Virus record (IMG/VR): IMGVR_UViG_3300042465_006773
Source of the DNA: a virus
Direction: 5' to 3' (one strand)
Length of the DNA stretch: 64,000 bases
Shown here: positions 20,858-30,433 of the stretch, piece by piece
Layout of the letters: every line of letters begins with the position of its first letter
Numbering within the stretch: position 1 is the stretch's first letter
Made by a program: the position numbers and the translations under genes
The notes under the pieces: model-generated
What the model was told of the DNA's origin: nothing
Database searches by the model: none
What the model saw: the letters and a program-made list of their open reading frames with translations, nothing else

Positions 20858-23263
20858 ATGCCATTTAGTACAGGATATTTTAAACAACAAACCAAAGATT
20901 ACATATTAAATAAATACGATAAGTCTATTAAAATTTTAGATGTAGGTGCGGGTGCAGGTGCATATTATGATATGTTACATAATGAAGGGTACAGTAACTT
21001 AGATTGTGTTGAAGTTTTTTCTAATTACGTTAAAGATTATAACTTAACTGAAAAATATAAAAAAGTGATAATTGGTGACATAACTAAATTAGACATTGAT
21101 TTCGATGAATATGATTTGATTATTTTTGGTGATGTTATAGAACATATAGCCTTAGAAGATGCTAAATTGTTGTTAAATAAAATTAATCGTAGCGATGTTA
21201 TTATAGGTGTCCCATTTAATTCTCCTCAAGGAATCCACTTTGAAAATGAATATGAAATTCATTTACAGGATGATTTAACATTTATTAATTTTTTTGAACG
21301 TTTTGAGGGATATAAACCATTTTGTTTAAGATTTGATTATGGTTTATTTGTTAAAGGAGATAATAACACTATTTTTCTTGAAACACAACAATCTTCGATA
21401 CCAGAAACATATCAAAGTTTTATTAACTCTAATTTTAATGATTACATTATTAGTGATATTAATGATATTGATAATATCATATTATTAAAAAATCAAATAC
21501 AATCTTTATCTCAAGAAGAAAAAACTAAATTATTTAATTATTTATCAAAACCAACTATAGAAGTAATCAATAAAGATTTAACAATAGTAACAGGATTATG
21601 GAATATAAATCGTCCCGGTAGAGATTTTGACCATTATATAGAACATTTTAAAAATTTTTTGGATATACCTGTTAACATGTTTATTTATATTTCTAAAGAA
21701 TATGAATATTTGGTTTGGGAAAAACGTTCTAAAGAAAATACATTTGTTAAACTTTATGAATTAGATGATATAAAAAATGACATATATAAACCACATTGGG
21801 ATAAAACTCAAAATATAAGAACTAACCCTGATTGGTTAGACCAAGCTGGTTGGTTGTCAGGGTCACCGCAAGCGGTTTTAGAATATTATAATCCGATAGT
21901 ACAATCAAAAATGTTTTTATTACATAGTGCGACGATTTGGAATCCTTTTAACACTGAATATTTCTTTTGGTTAGATGCTGGTATTACTAATACCGTACCA
22001 CATGGTCATTTTGTTGGAAATAAAGTATTAGATAAATTAACAGAAATCGGTAACCCATTTTTATTCTTAAGTTATCCGTATGAGGCTAATACTGAAATTC
22101 ATGGATTTACGTTTAGTGAAATGAATAAAATCGCGGGAACCAAAGTCGAATATGTATGTAGAGGTGGCTTATTTGGTGGACATAAACAACAAATAAACGA
22201 AGCGAATGCAACATACTACTCATTATTAACGAACACACTAAATACGGGATATATGGGTACGGAAGAAAGTATATTTACTTTAATGTCCTATTTAGAACCC
22301 CACATTTACAAAAGATTTGAATTAGACGGTAATGGATTGATTGTGAAATTTACACAAGCGATAATAGATAATAATATTAAAATTATCGAAACAAAACTAC
22401 CATCGATTTCTAAAAATTTTATTAAATATACAGATAGAGACGTTGAGAAAGTTAAAACAAATTTATACATTTTAACTTTTAATTTTCCTGAACAAGTATT
22501 GCATACCATAGAGTCGATGAAAAAGACATCAGAGTGGTTAACTAAACCTCATTTAGTTTTATTAGATAATTCAACAACTGAAGAGGTTAGAAGTGAAAAT
22601 AGAAAAATTGCCGAAGAGTATAATTTTGAATACATTAGTTTAGAGGGTAATACGGGTATATGTGGTGGTAGACAATCAGCTGCAGAACATTTTCATAATT
22701 CAGATGCTGACTTCATGTTTTTCTTTGAAGATGATATGACAGTTAATCCACCCGAATTAGAAGGACAATTTTGTAGAAATGGATTTAGAAAATACATACC
22801 AAATCTCTACAATTTAGTGCACAGAATAATGTTAAAAGAAAAATTTGATTTTCTTAAATTATCGTTTACTGAAGTTTATTTTGATAACGATAAACAATGT
22901 TCTTGGTACAATGTCCCACAAAATATTAGAACAAGAGATTGGCCACATTACGATAAACTACCTGTAACAGGTTTAGACCCAAATGTACCCCTAACTAATT
23001 TCAAAAATATTAGAAGTATGGATGGGTTATCTTACATTGATGGTGAAATTTATTATGCAAACTGGCCGATGATTGTAAGTAAAGAAGGTAATTATAAAAT
23101 GTTTATTGAAACAACTTGGGCTCACCCATTTGAACAAACTTGGATGTCGTATATGTATCAATTGACAAAAGAAAATAAACTAAAACCGGCGGTGTTATTG
23201 GCATCACCAATTTGGCATGATAGAATTAAACACTATCAACCAAATGAAAGAAGAGAAAACTAA
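20858..23263 (+). CDS. Three-domain fusion: SAM methyltransferase + HtrL/YibB(WlaTC)-like glycosyltransferase + GT2-like domain
   Basis: LDVGAGAG...GDVIEH; TIVTGLWNINR...FFWLDAG...GGLFGG...GTEE; LLDNS...FFEDD. Confidence 0.75.
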   Translation: MPFSTGYFKQQTKDYILNKYDKSIKILDVGAGAGAYYDMLHNEGYSNLDCVEVFSNYVKDYNLTEKYKKVIIGDITKLDIDFDEYDLIIFGDVIEHIALEDAKLLLNKINRSDVIIGVPFNSPQGIHFENEYEIHLQDDLTFINFFERFEGYKPFCLRFDYGLFVKGDNNTIFLETQQSSIPETYQSFINSNFNDYIISDINDIDNIILLKNQIQSLSQEEKTKLFNYLSKPTIEVINKDLTIVTGLWNINRPGRDFDHYIEHFKNFLDIPVNMFIYISKEYEYLVWEKRSKENTFVKLYELDDIKNDIYKPHWDKTQNIRTNPDWLDQAGWLSGSPQAVLEYYNPIVQSKMFLLHSATIWNPFNTEYFFWLDAGITNTVPHGHFVGNKVLDKLTEIGNPFLFLSYPYEANTEIHGFTFSEMNKIAGTKVEYVCRGGLFGGHKQQINEANATYYSLLTNTLNTGYMGTEESIFTLMSYLEPHIYKRFELDGNGLIVKFTQAIIDNNIKIIETKLPSISKNFIKYTDRDVEKVKTNLYILTFNFPEQVLHTIESMKKTSEWLTKPHLVLLDNSTTEEVRSENRKIAEEYNFEYISLEGNTGICGGRQSAAEHFHNSDADFMFFFEDDMTVNPPELEGQFCRNGFRKYIPNLYNLVHRIMLKEKFDFLKLSFTEVYFDNDKQCSWYNVPQNIRTRDWPHYDKLPVTGLDPNVPLTNFKNIRSMDGLSYIDGEIYYANWPMIVSKEGNYKMFIETTWAHPFEQTWMSYMYQLTKENKLKPAVLLASPIWHDRIKHYQPNERREN

Positions 23264-23268
23264 AAAAT

Positions 23269-24246
23269 ATGAAAAAAAAAGCATTAATAACAGGGTTGAA
23301 TGGTATGGATGGTTCACATTTAGCTGATTTTTTATTAAAAAAAGACTATGAGGTTTTTGGTGTCATAAAAAATAAAACAAATGAAACTTTAACAAATGCA
23401 AAACATTTAATCGGTAAAGTTAAAATGTATAATGCGGATTTGACTGACCAAAATTCTTTATTTAGAGTAGTAAAAGAATGTGAACCTGACGAGGTTTATA
23501 ATTTAGCATCACAGTCATTTGTTGGTGATAGTTGGAATACACCAGAATTAACATCTAACGTTACAGGTTTAGGGGTTTTAAGAATGTTAGAAACTATCAG
23601 AGAATCTAATAATAAGAATATAAAATTTTATCAAGCGTCTTCCTCTGAAATGTTTGGTAAGATGGTTGAAAATCCTGCAAATGAAAAAACACAATTTTAT
23701 CCTCGTTCACCCTATGGTGTTTCTAAATTATATGGGCATTGGTTAACCAAAAATTACAGAGAAAGTCACGATATGTTTGCTGTTAGTGGGATTTTATTCA
23801 ATCATGAATCAGAAAGAAGAGGTTATGAATTTGTAACAAGAAAAATATCTGACGGAGTAGCAAAAATACATTTAGGTATTATTGATAAAATATATTTAGG
23901 CAATTTAAAAGCGGCTAGAGATTGGGGATACGCACCTGATTACGTTGAGGCTATGTGGTTAATGTTACAACAAGAATCACCCGATGACTTTGTTATTGCC
24001 ACTGGAATAGTTAAAACAATAGAAGATTTTTTAGATTGTGCATTTCAAGAAATTGGTATTAATAATTGGTCAAAATATGTTGGAATTGATAATAGGTACA
24101 TGAGACCCGCGGAGGTTGATGTTTTAAAAGGTGACTACAGTAAAGCAAAAGAAAAATTGGGGTGGGAACCAAAAATTAACTTTGAAAATCTTGTAAAAAG
24201 AATGGTTAAAAATGATATTGAATTACAAAAAAAAATAGATATTTAA
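23269..24246 (+). CDS. gmd: GDP-mannose 4,6-dehydratase
   Basis: ITGLNGMDG, YNLASQSFV, YQASSSEMFG, PRSPYGVSK, FNHES, FVTRKI, RDWG, RPAEV. Confidence 0.95.
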   Translation: MKKKALITGLNGMDGSHLADFLLKKDYEVFGVIKNKTNETLTNAKHLIGKVKMYNADLTDQNSLFRVVKECEPDEVYNLASQSFVGDSWNTPELTSNVTGLGVLRMLETIRESNNKNIKFYQASSSEMFGKMVENPANEKTQFYPRSPYGVSKLYGHWLTKNYRESHDMFAVSGILFNHESERRGYEFVTRKISDGVAKIHLGIIDKIYLGNLKAARDWGYAPDYVEAMWLMLQQESPDDFVIATGIVKTIEDFLDCAFQEIGINNWSKYVGIDNRYMRPAEVDVLKGDYSKAKEKLGWEPKINFENLVKRMVKNDIELQKKIDI

Positions 24247-24265
24247 ACTAAAAAGAAATTAATTG

Positions 24266-24490
24266 ATGATTGTAAAAGAATTTGAATTTATTGGTGATGT
24301 AATAGGTCAAATAGAACGTAGGGGTGGTAGTTTTATGAATTCAACAAATACTTATTTAAATGAAGAATATAGATGTTATTTATTAAGACAGAATAACAAA
24401 ACATATCTAACATCTTTTGATAATTTTAAAATAGCAGAGGAATATTTAATTCAATTGGAAAACAGTAGAGGTGGTGTTTTAATACCATAA
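24266..24490 (+). CDS. Hypothetical protein
   Basis: Short ORF filling the gap after gmd. Confidence 0.45.
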   Translation: MIVKEFEFIGDVIGQIERRGGSFMNSTNTYLNEEYRCYLLRQNNKTYLTSFDNFKIAEEYLIQLENSRGGVLIP

Positions 24491-24527
24491 ACTTATTAAA
24501 TAAAAATAATGGAATCTGAAAGTGATA

Positions 24528-24752
24528 ATGAAGACGAAAGTAAAAGAATCGAAAACAATTTTATATCGAGATACTTCTCTAATGTTAGCTATGTTTTTCT
24601 TACCATTTGGGTACGATGCCCTATTCAAATTATTGATGGAAATAACTGGTTCATATTGGGCAGCAGATATAATTTTCTATTTTATTTCAGGTTGTTTTTG
24701 GTTATCCTATATTTTTTTTTCACGAAAAATATCTAACTCAAACGAAGTTTGA
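24528..24752 (+). CDS. Small membrane protein (2 predicted TM helices)
   Basis: LMLAMFFLPFGYDALFKLLM...IIFYFISGCFWLSYIFF. Confidence 0.55.
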   Translation: MKTKVKESKTILYRDTSLMLAMFFLPFGYDALFKLLMEITGSYWAADIIFYFISGCFWLSYIFFSRKISNSNEV

Positions 24753-25056
24753 TTTCCATCGTTCTAAAACATTCAAAAAATCCATCAACTTCTGTTAATT
24801 CTCTGTTATGTTTGGGTTCTTGACAGGGAAACATTACACGATTATCATTTGTTGATATATTGTACACCCAATGGTGTTTTGTTAACATTTCAACAGTTAA
24901 ATAAACACCATTTTTATCAAAGAATCTATAAAGTTTTTTAATATCATAGTATTGGAGCACGGATATGCTTGGTACGCCAACATTTGGAAACATCGTTTTT
25001 GAAAACAATTCAAATGATTTTGGGAAAAAAATCTCTATTACATACCAATCTAACAT
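24733..25056 (-). CDS. Hypothetical protein
   Basis: 107-aa ORF with normal composition. Confidence 0.55.
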   Translation of the reverse strand: MLDWYVIEIFFPKSFELFSKTMFPNVGVPSISVLQYYDIKKLYRFFDKNGVYLTVEMLTKHHWVYNISTNDNRVMFPCQEPKHNRELTEVDGFFECFRTMEIKLRLS

Positions 25057-25110
25057 ACTATTAAGTATATTGAAATATAATAATTAGATACAAAGAAGTA
25101 TTTATTGTTA

Positions 25111-25479
25111 ATGAGTTTTTTAGAAAAAAATAAACAAGAAAAAATAACATCATTTGTAAAGTTTGTTAATGATGAACTCGGATTAAAAAATTGTCCGAAA
25201 ATAATTTTGCAAAATGGTAGGGGTGATTTAAAGACCACCGCAAACTACAATTATTCTTCCGATACAAAAACCATTAGGGTCAATTCAAAAAATAGAGCAT
25301 TGGTTGATGTAATGAGAAGTATCGCACATGAAATGGTTCACCATAAACAATATGAGGATGGTAGATTAAAAGTTAAACCAGCGGACATAGGAGGAGAAAT
25401 AGAAGACGAAGCAAATGCAAAGGCCGGACAATATATAAAAATGTTCGCACAAAAAGATAAAACAATATACGACGAATGA
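25111..25479 (+). CDS. Small zincin-like metalloprotease
   Basis: RSIAHEMVHHKQ (HExxH) plus downstream EDEANA Glu; GTATTTAT upstream. Confidence 0.7.
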   Translation: MSFLEKNKQEKITSFVKFVNDELGLKNCPKIILQNGRGDLKTTANYNYSSDTKTIRVNSKNRALVDVMRSIAHEMVHHKQYEDGRLKVKPADIGGEIEDEANAKAGQYIKMFAQKDKTIYDE

Positions 25480-25733
25480 AAATAATTGTAACAGAAAAAC
25501 AAATGAAATTAATAACGGGTAGTGTTATTGATGATTTAAGTGAAGAAGAGGATACCGCATCCGCCCAACCATCCGCTGGAACTAGTAGTTCTGGTAGTAA
25601 ACAAGGTTATCCTGAAGTTGGTAAATGGGAAACAGGTGTGACTAGAGGTCCAGCAAATCAAATCGGTGTTACCAAATGGTCGGATGTTGTTGGTTCAACA
25701 TTAAAAAGAGGAAAAGCAAACCCATTAAAATAG
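25476..25733 (+). CDS. Hypothetical, putative virion-internal protein
   Basis: MKIIVTEKQ leader, LSEE motif. Confidence 0.55.
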   Translation: MKIIVTEKQMKLITGSVIDDLSEEEDTASAQPSAGTSSSGSKQGYPEVGKWETGVTRGPANQIGVTKWSDVVGSTLKRGKANPLK

Positions 25734-25775
25734 AATATTAATAATATTAAAGATATTTATTAAGGTAAATCATCT

Positions 25776-27020
25776 ATGTTATACAATAAAAAATTATTAC
25801 TATCAGAATCTGAAAGAAACAGAATCTCCAATATATATAATGGAAATTCTGCTCAATTTGATTTTGTAATCAGTGACTGGTTGTCACCTGATGAAAAATA
25901 TGTGATTTTTTTAGATGAACTATACGATATTCAAAATAAAACCAAATTAGGTAATATTTGGGAAAATTTTGAAAATTTTAAATTTTTCTTAAAACATTCT
26001 TTTGAGGTCGCAACAAATGTGTCTGAGGAGATACGAGAAGACGTTCTGAGTGATATAAATAAATTTGTTATTACAGAGTCCACTCAAAATTTATCTCATC
26101 TTAAATCAATTTTTAGAGAAATTTTAAATGAACAAACCGTAGCTGGTAGTCTTTATAATTTTGGAAAAAACACAATTACAGGTGCGGTAAAAAATACCGC
26201 AGATTTTTTTAAAACAAGTTACGAGGGGGCAAAAAAAACCATAGGTGCCTTGTCTCAGGGTGATTGGAATCAAGCAATAAATATTGTAAAAAAGGGGGCA
26301 TTGTATGTGGCGAGAAAAATACGTGCCGCTTTATACAACCCAATTGGATTAATACTTGATGCGATTTTGGTTGCAACTGGTGTAGGTAAATTAGTTGCTT
26401 GGATTCCGTGGGCGATAGCGGTTGGTTTGGATATATATGAATTTATCACAGGTAATTATGAGGACCCCGACTTACATTGGGGGTGGAGATTATTGTTTAC
26501 TGCTTGTGATATAACGGGATTGATTTTTGCAGGTGCAGCGTCTAAAACTTTAAAAACACTCGTCAACTCGATGATTGGAAGGTTCGGTAAAACCGCAGGA
26601 GGGGTATCAAAAGCGATTAAATCGTCACCTAAATTACAAAATATTTTTAAAAATTTTTCAAGATATTTAACAAAAGCAAAAGAATTTTTAACGTCAGCTC
26701 AAAATACTTTTAAAACTAAATCACCAATGTTATATAAATTTATCTCAACCGCCTTGGGTGGTTTTAATCGATTTGCAACATTTGTTGGTGAAAAAACAAT
26801 ACAATTATTGGGGATAGGAGGTAAAATATTATCTGCACCTGGTAAATTAGCCGGTAAACTTGGTGCCGGACAAGCGGTACAAAATGTTGCAAATGTTGCT
26901 GTACCAATAACCATTTTAGGTACAAAGGGCGAATATGATAAATCGAAATTTGAAGATGAACAATATGTCGCTTTATTAAATAATAAAACAACGTCAGAAT
27001 ATAATTATGATGATTTATAA
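25776..27020 (+). CDS. Putative virion-internal/ejected protein with hydrophobic helices
   Basis: LLLSESE leader, ILNE, Gly/Ala-rich hydrophobic region LILDAILVATGVG... Confidence 0.55.
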   Translation: MLYNKKLLLSESERNRISNIYNGNSAQFDFVISDWLSPDEKYVIFLDELYDIQNKTKLGNIWENFENFKFFLKHSFEVATNVSEEIREDVLSDINKFVITESTQNLSHLKSIFREILNEQTVAGSLYNFGKNTITGAVKNTADFFKTSYEGAKKTIGALSQGDWNQAINIVKKGALYVARKIRAALYNPIGLILDAILVATGVGKLVAWIPWAIAVGLDIYEFITGNYEDPDLHWGWRLLFTACDITGLIFAGAASKTLKTLVNSMIGRFGKTAGGVSKAIKSSPKLQNIFKNFSRYLTKAKEFLTSAQNTFKTKSPMLYKFISTALGGFNRFATFVGEKTIQLLGIGGKILSAPGKLAGKLGAGQAVQNVANVAVPITILGTKGEYDKSKFEDEQYVALLNNKTTSEYNYDDL

Positions 27021-27031
27021 AAATAAAAAAT

Positions 27032-28654
27032 ATGGAAAATAAAGACACAAAAACAATAAGAAAATATCTAAATCTTATCGAATCTATTGAAAATAGATTA
27101 ATACTTGAAAAAAATTCAAATGTCGACTTAAACGAAGAGAGTGCGTTTGTTACCGCGGCTAGAAGTGAAAAACTAGCAGCAGCTGAACTAGAATCTGTAT
27201 TAAAAATGATGAAAAGTGATGCTAAAGTTTCTGCTGAACTAACTAAATTAGGTATTAGAAACACGGATGAATTATTGGCCGCATTAAAAGGTAATAGGGT
27301 AACCTCCAGTATAAAAGGTGCAATGGAATTGAACATTTTAAAGTCTCAAACAGGGAACGCTAAATTAATTGATTTAGCTGCCGAAAATGTTGCTAAAAAT
27401 CAACAATTTTTAAAAAAATATGAAACACAAATTAAAGCGGGTCAACCACAATTTGAGGCTGCTTTAAAACAAGCGGGATATAGTGAACGTGCGATTACTA
27501 AAATTGTTGAGAAAGCGTATTTAAAACAAACTAGTGGTATACAATCAACCGCGACTCAAGCTAAACAATCAGCATTAAATCAACCAGGAATACGAGATAG
27601 ATTAAAAGATAAAGCATATGTTGATGGATTAAAAGCCAAATATAAACCAAAAACATTAAGTCAACAAATATCAGATAAAGTTAAAGGTATGGATTGGAAA
27701 AAAGCGGTAGGTTATACTCTTTTAGCTGGTGGGTCCATCGCGGCACTATGGTTCCTTTTTGCGGAATTGGGGAAAACTGACGAATTACCAGAAGTACCAC
27801 CACAAGATTTTCCACCATGTGCAAAAAGTTTACTAACAAATAAACAAGGTGTTATTGCAGTGAGTCCAAAAGGAGAAATTTCAATAGTGACAAAACAAAC
27901 AGGAGTCGTCGCATATGATGGTGTAGGTGGTTTGAGATTTTATTCCAATGGTAGAGTGTTCACCGCAGATAATTCAAAAAGAGGGACATATACTTGTAAA
28001 GGCACAGAAGTTGCGGTACAAGAAGAAAATAAAAATTTAAGTGAAGAAGATGTACTTGGTATGTCAATAACTTGGGACAGTAAAACCACACCAGAACCAG
28101 GTGAAACACCCGCACCAGGAACTAAATCAACATATAGAAATTGTACGGATTTTCCTTACACTTTTGGATGTAGAAGTCAAGTAATTAAAGAAGTTCAAGT
28201 GTGTTTAGGTATGTCACCAAAATATCAAACGGGAAATTTTGGTCCAATTACGTTAAAAGAATTAAAATCAAAAAGAGGTGAAGAAACTATTACCAAGGAA
28301 GTTTATGATTCAATAAAACAATCCTGTCAAACCAGCGCTACTCGACCTGAATCACAATATATTGAACCAATGCCATCAATAAAATCGGGTCAAATTCAAC
28401 AACCTGAAATTCAACCTAAAACTCAACCATCTCAACCATCTCAACCATCTCAATTAAATAAAGATTTTTGTGTGGCCTTATTCAAGAATATTGATGATAG
28501 AGACCAAGAATCGGGTAGAAAAACCGCAAACAGTACGGAAATTCAACAAATTAAGGACTGTTTGCAACAATACAATTTTCTCTTTAGTGGAAGTGCAAAA
28601 ATGAGAAGAAGATATGGTTTAACTATGTCTGGTGGTGATAGAGGTATTAGATAA
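27032..28654 (+). CDS. Putative virion-internal protein with one TM segment and a possible peptidoglycan-binding-like motif
   Basis: LIES/LNEE motifs, TM AVGYTLLAGGSIAALWFLF, IKEVQVCLG...GNFGPIT. Confidence 0.5.
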   Translation: MENKDTKTIRKYLNLIESIENRLILEKNSNVDLNEESAFVTAARSEKLAAAELESVLKMMKSDAKVSAELTKLGIRNTDELLAALKGNRVTSSIKGAMELNILKSQTGNAKLIDLAAENVAKNQQFLKKYETQIKAGQPQFEAALKQAGYSERAITKIVEKAYLKQTSGIQSTATQAKQSALNQPGIRDRLKDKAYVDGLKAKYKPKTLSQQISDKVKGMDWKKAVGYTLLAGGSIAALWFLFAELGKTDELPEVPPQDFPPCAKSLLTNKQGVIAVSPKGEISIVTKQTGVVAYDGVGGLRFYSNGRVFTADNSKRGTYTCKGTEVAVQEENKNLSEEDVLGMSITWDSKTTPEPGETPAPGTKSTYRNCTDFPYTFGCRSQVIKEVQVCLGMSPKYQTGNFGPITLKELKSKRGEETITKEVYDSIKQSCQTSATRPESQYIEPMPSIKSGQIQQPEIQPKTQPSQPSQPSQLNKDFCVALFKNIDDRDQESGRKTANSTEIQQIKDCLQQYNFLFSGSAKMRRRYGLTMSGGDRGIR

Positions 28655-28665
28655 TAAAATGTATT

Positions 28666-29292
28666 ATGGATATTAGAAATAAAATAAAAAAGAGTTTAGT
28701 TGAGGAGCGTCAACAAAAGTTAACCACGTCTTTGAATGAATTAGAAGACATTAGGGATGACAATTATTTTGTTGAAAAATACTTTTTAACTTGTTCTAAA
28801 TTATTGGAAGAAGGATATTCTTTGGAAGAAATTGAATCAACAGGAATAAAAGATAAATTAAATAGTATTGATTGGAAAGGAGCACTTTCCGATGCGGCAG
28901 TAAATTCAGGAAAAGAATATGCAATTAGGTTTATTTTAACCCAAGTTTTTAGTGTTGGTCCAAATGCCGCAACGTTTTTATCAAGAACACTTGCGGATAT
29001 GAATCCTTTAAATCTTATAAAAATATTCAAAGGACCCTCTGAATGTAATAGTGGTTTTCCTGAGATAGTTGATACTCTTTTAGAACAAGTGGTTAGATAT
29101 CTTGCTGCCGGTGCTACGGGTGTAGACTCCAATACATACGATTTAAATCCAATTAGAAATTTGGGACAAGGTGGTAATACTGCAATTAGAGATGTTGTAT
29201 CAACAACCGCAGGTAATTTGTTTGGTGAAATAATTAAAGAATCGGACTTAGGTGAAAAAATATCTAAAAGATTTTGTGAATTTATACATTGA
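28666..29292 (+). CDS. Hypothetical protein
   Basis: 208-aa ORF within the operon. Confidence 0.6.
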   Translation: MDIRNKIKKSLVEERQQKLTTSLNELEDIRDDNYFVEKYFLTCSKLLEEGYSLEEIESTGIKDKLNSIDWKGALSDAAVNSGKEYAIRFILTQVFSVGPNAATFLSRTLADMNPLNLIKIFKGPSECNSGFPEIVDTLLEQVVRYLAAGATGVDSNTYDLNPIRNLGQGGNTAIRDVVSTTAGNLFGEIIKESDLGEKISKRFCEFIH

Positions 29293-29293
29293 T

Positions 29294-30220
29294 ATGGAAC
29301 TTACGAAAAAACAAATATTAGAAATAACTAAAAGTAAGAAAAACGATTCTCACTTAAATGAGGGAATATTAGATACTGAAAACGTACTTTTAGCCGCGGG
29401 ATTCATACCTGTGATTGGTGAAATTGCGGATATCATTTCAATAATAAGATATATTATGAGGGGTGAACGTCTTAAAGCAGCTTTGACGTTGGTTGCATTA
29501 ATCCCCACAGTTGGTGATTTACTTGTTAAACCCATTTTATTCGCATTTAAAGGGGCACCAAAATTATTAACAACAGGTGGACCTAAGTTGGGTGAATACC
29601 TCGCTAAAAATCCGCAATTGGCCAATAAATTTAAAGATTTAGCACAATACGCTTCTGACCCAAGAGTAACTCAAACCGTGTCAAAAATATCAAATGTAAA
29701 CAAAGGATGGGGAAGAGGTTTACAAGGTGGTTTAGACACATTAAAAAATATATCGGTAAAATATACCGGTCAAGTTGGTAAAGGTTTAGAGGCGGGTGTT
29801 AAATCGTTATCTGCGGGTAAATCATTTGCGGGTGGTCTTAAAGGATATTTTCAAGGACAAAGACTATCAAAGTATTTTGCTAAAAATGGAATGTTACCAT
29901 CAAACGCATTATCAAGGTGGTGGCAAAATGTTTTAGCAAGAAGAGATAGAAGATTGGCGTTTTCTAAATTTTTAATTGCCAACAATTTATTGGGTAAATT
30001 TGGAATACCTAACATCGCTTCACTTGATAATTGGATGAAAGATGAGAATAACTTAAATAAATTAGCTGAAGACCCTACAACAAGTAATTTTATTGCCCAA
30101 AATTCAACCCCACAAGATTTTGGTGGGGGTCAACAACCATCTACCGATGATGGTGGAGGAATGTTAGGTGGTGCAATGAATTTATTTATGTTAAAATATT
30201 TAGCAAAATTTATTGCTTAA
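29294..30220 (+). CDS. Protein with pre-toxin TG-like hydrophobic hairpin (putative ejected protein)
   Basis: AAGFIPVIGEIAD...ALIPTVGDL repeated motif after LNEG; start taken at ATG 29294. Confidence 0.55.
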   Translation: MELTKKQILEITKSKKNDSHLNEGILDTENVLLAAGFIPVIGEIADIISIIRYIMRGERLKAALTLVALIPTVGDLLVKPILFAFKGAPKLLTTGGPKLGEYLAKNPQLANKFKDLAQYASDPRVTQTVSKISNVNKGWGRGLQGGLDTLKNISVKYTGQVGKGLEAGVKSLSAGKSFAGGLKGYFQGQRLSKYFAKNGMLPSNALSRWWQNVLARRDRRLAFSKFLIANNLLGKFGIPNIASLDNWMKDENNLNKLAEDPTTSNFIAQNSTPQDFGGGQQPSTDDGGGMLGGAMNLFMLKYLAKFIA

Positions 30221-30244
30221 AATTAAAATACGAAATATTTATGT

Positions 30245-30345
30245 TTAGAGTCAAATGGTTTGGTCACCATGAGATAATAAACTAATAAAACGAAAGGAGG
30301 GGTTCAATATCTCGGCAAAGGGGTCAATTTGACCCCTTTGTTCGT
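30245..30345 (+). ncRNA. Candidate small RNA A (extended Shine-Dalgarno in a loop)
   Basis: ATATTTAT at 30235-30242; hairpin ATGGT-TTGGTC-ACCAT; GAGATA/TATCTC stem enclosing GAAAGGAGGGGTTC; terminal hairpin CAAAGGGGTC-AATTT-GACCCCTTTG; no ORF >14 codons seen. Confidence 0.55.
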
Positions 30346-30370
30346 TTATGAGATATTGTGTACTTAAAAT

Positions 30371-30400
30371 AAAAAAACCCACCTTGTGAGTGGGTTTCTT
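30371..30400 (-). terminator. Intrinsic terminator downstream of tmRNA
   Basis: On minus: AAACCCAC-TCACAAG-GTGGGTTTTTTT. Confidence 0.8.
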
Positions 30401-30433
30401 TGTACTTATCGGAAAGTACAAAAAGTTAGCCAG

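Noticed and set aside
30241-30285. 14-codon ORF MFRVKWFGHHEIIN in sRNA A
   Set aside because: The ATG overlaps the putative promoter motif and the SD lies downstream of the stop; no coding evidence.
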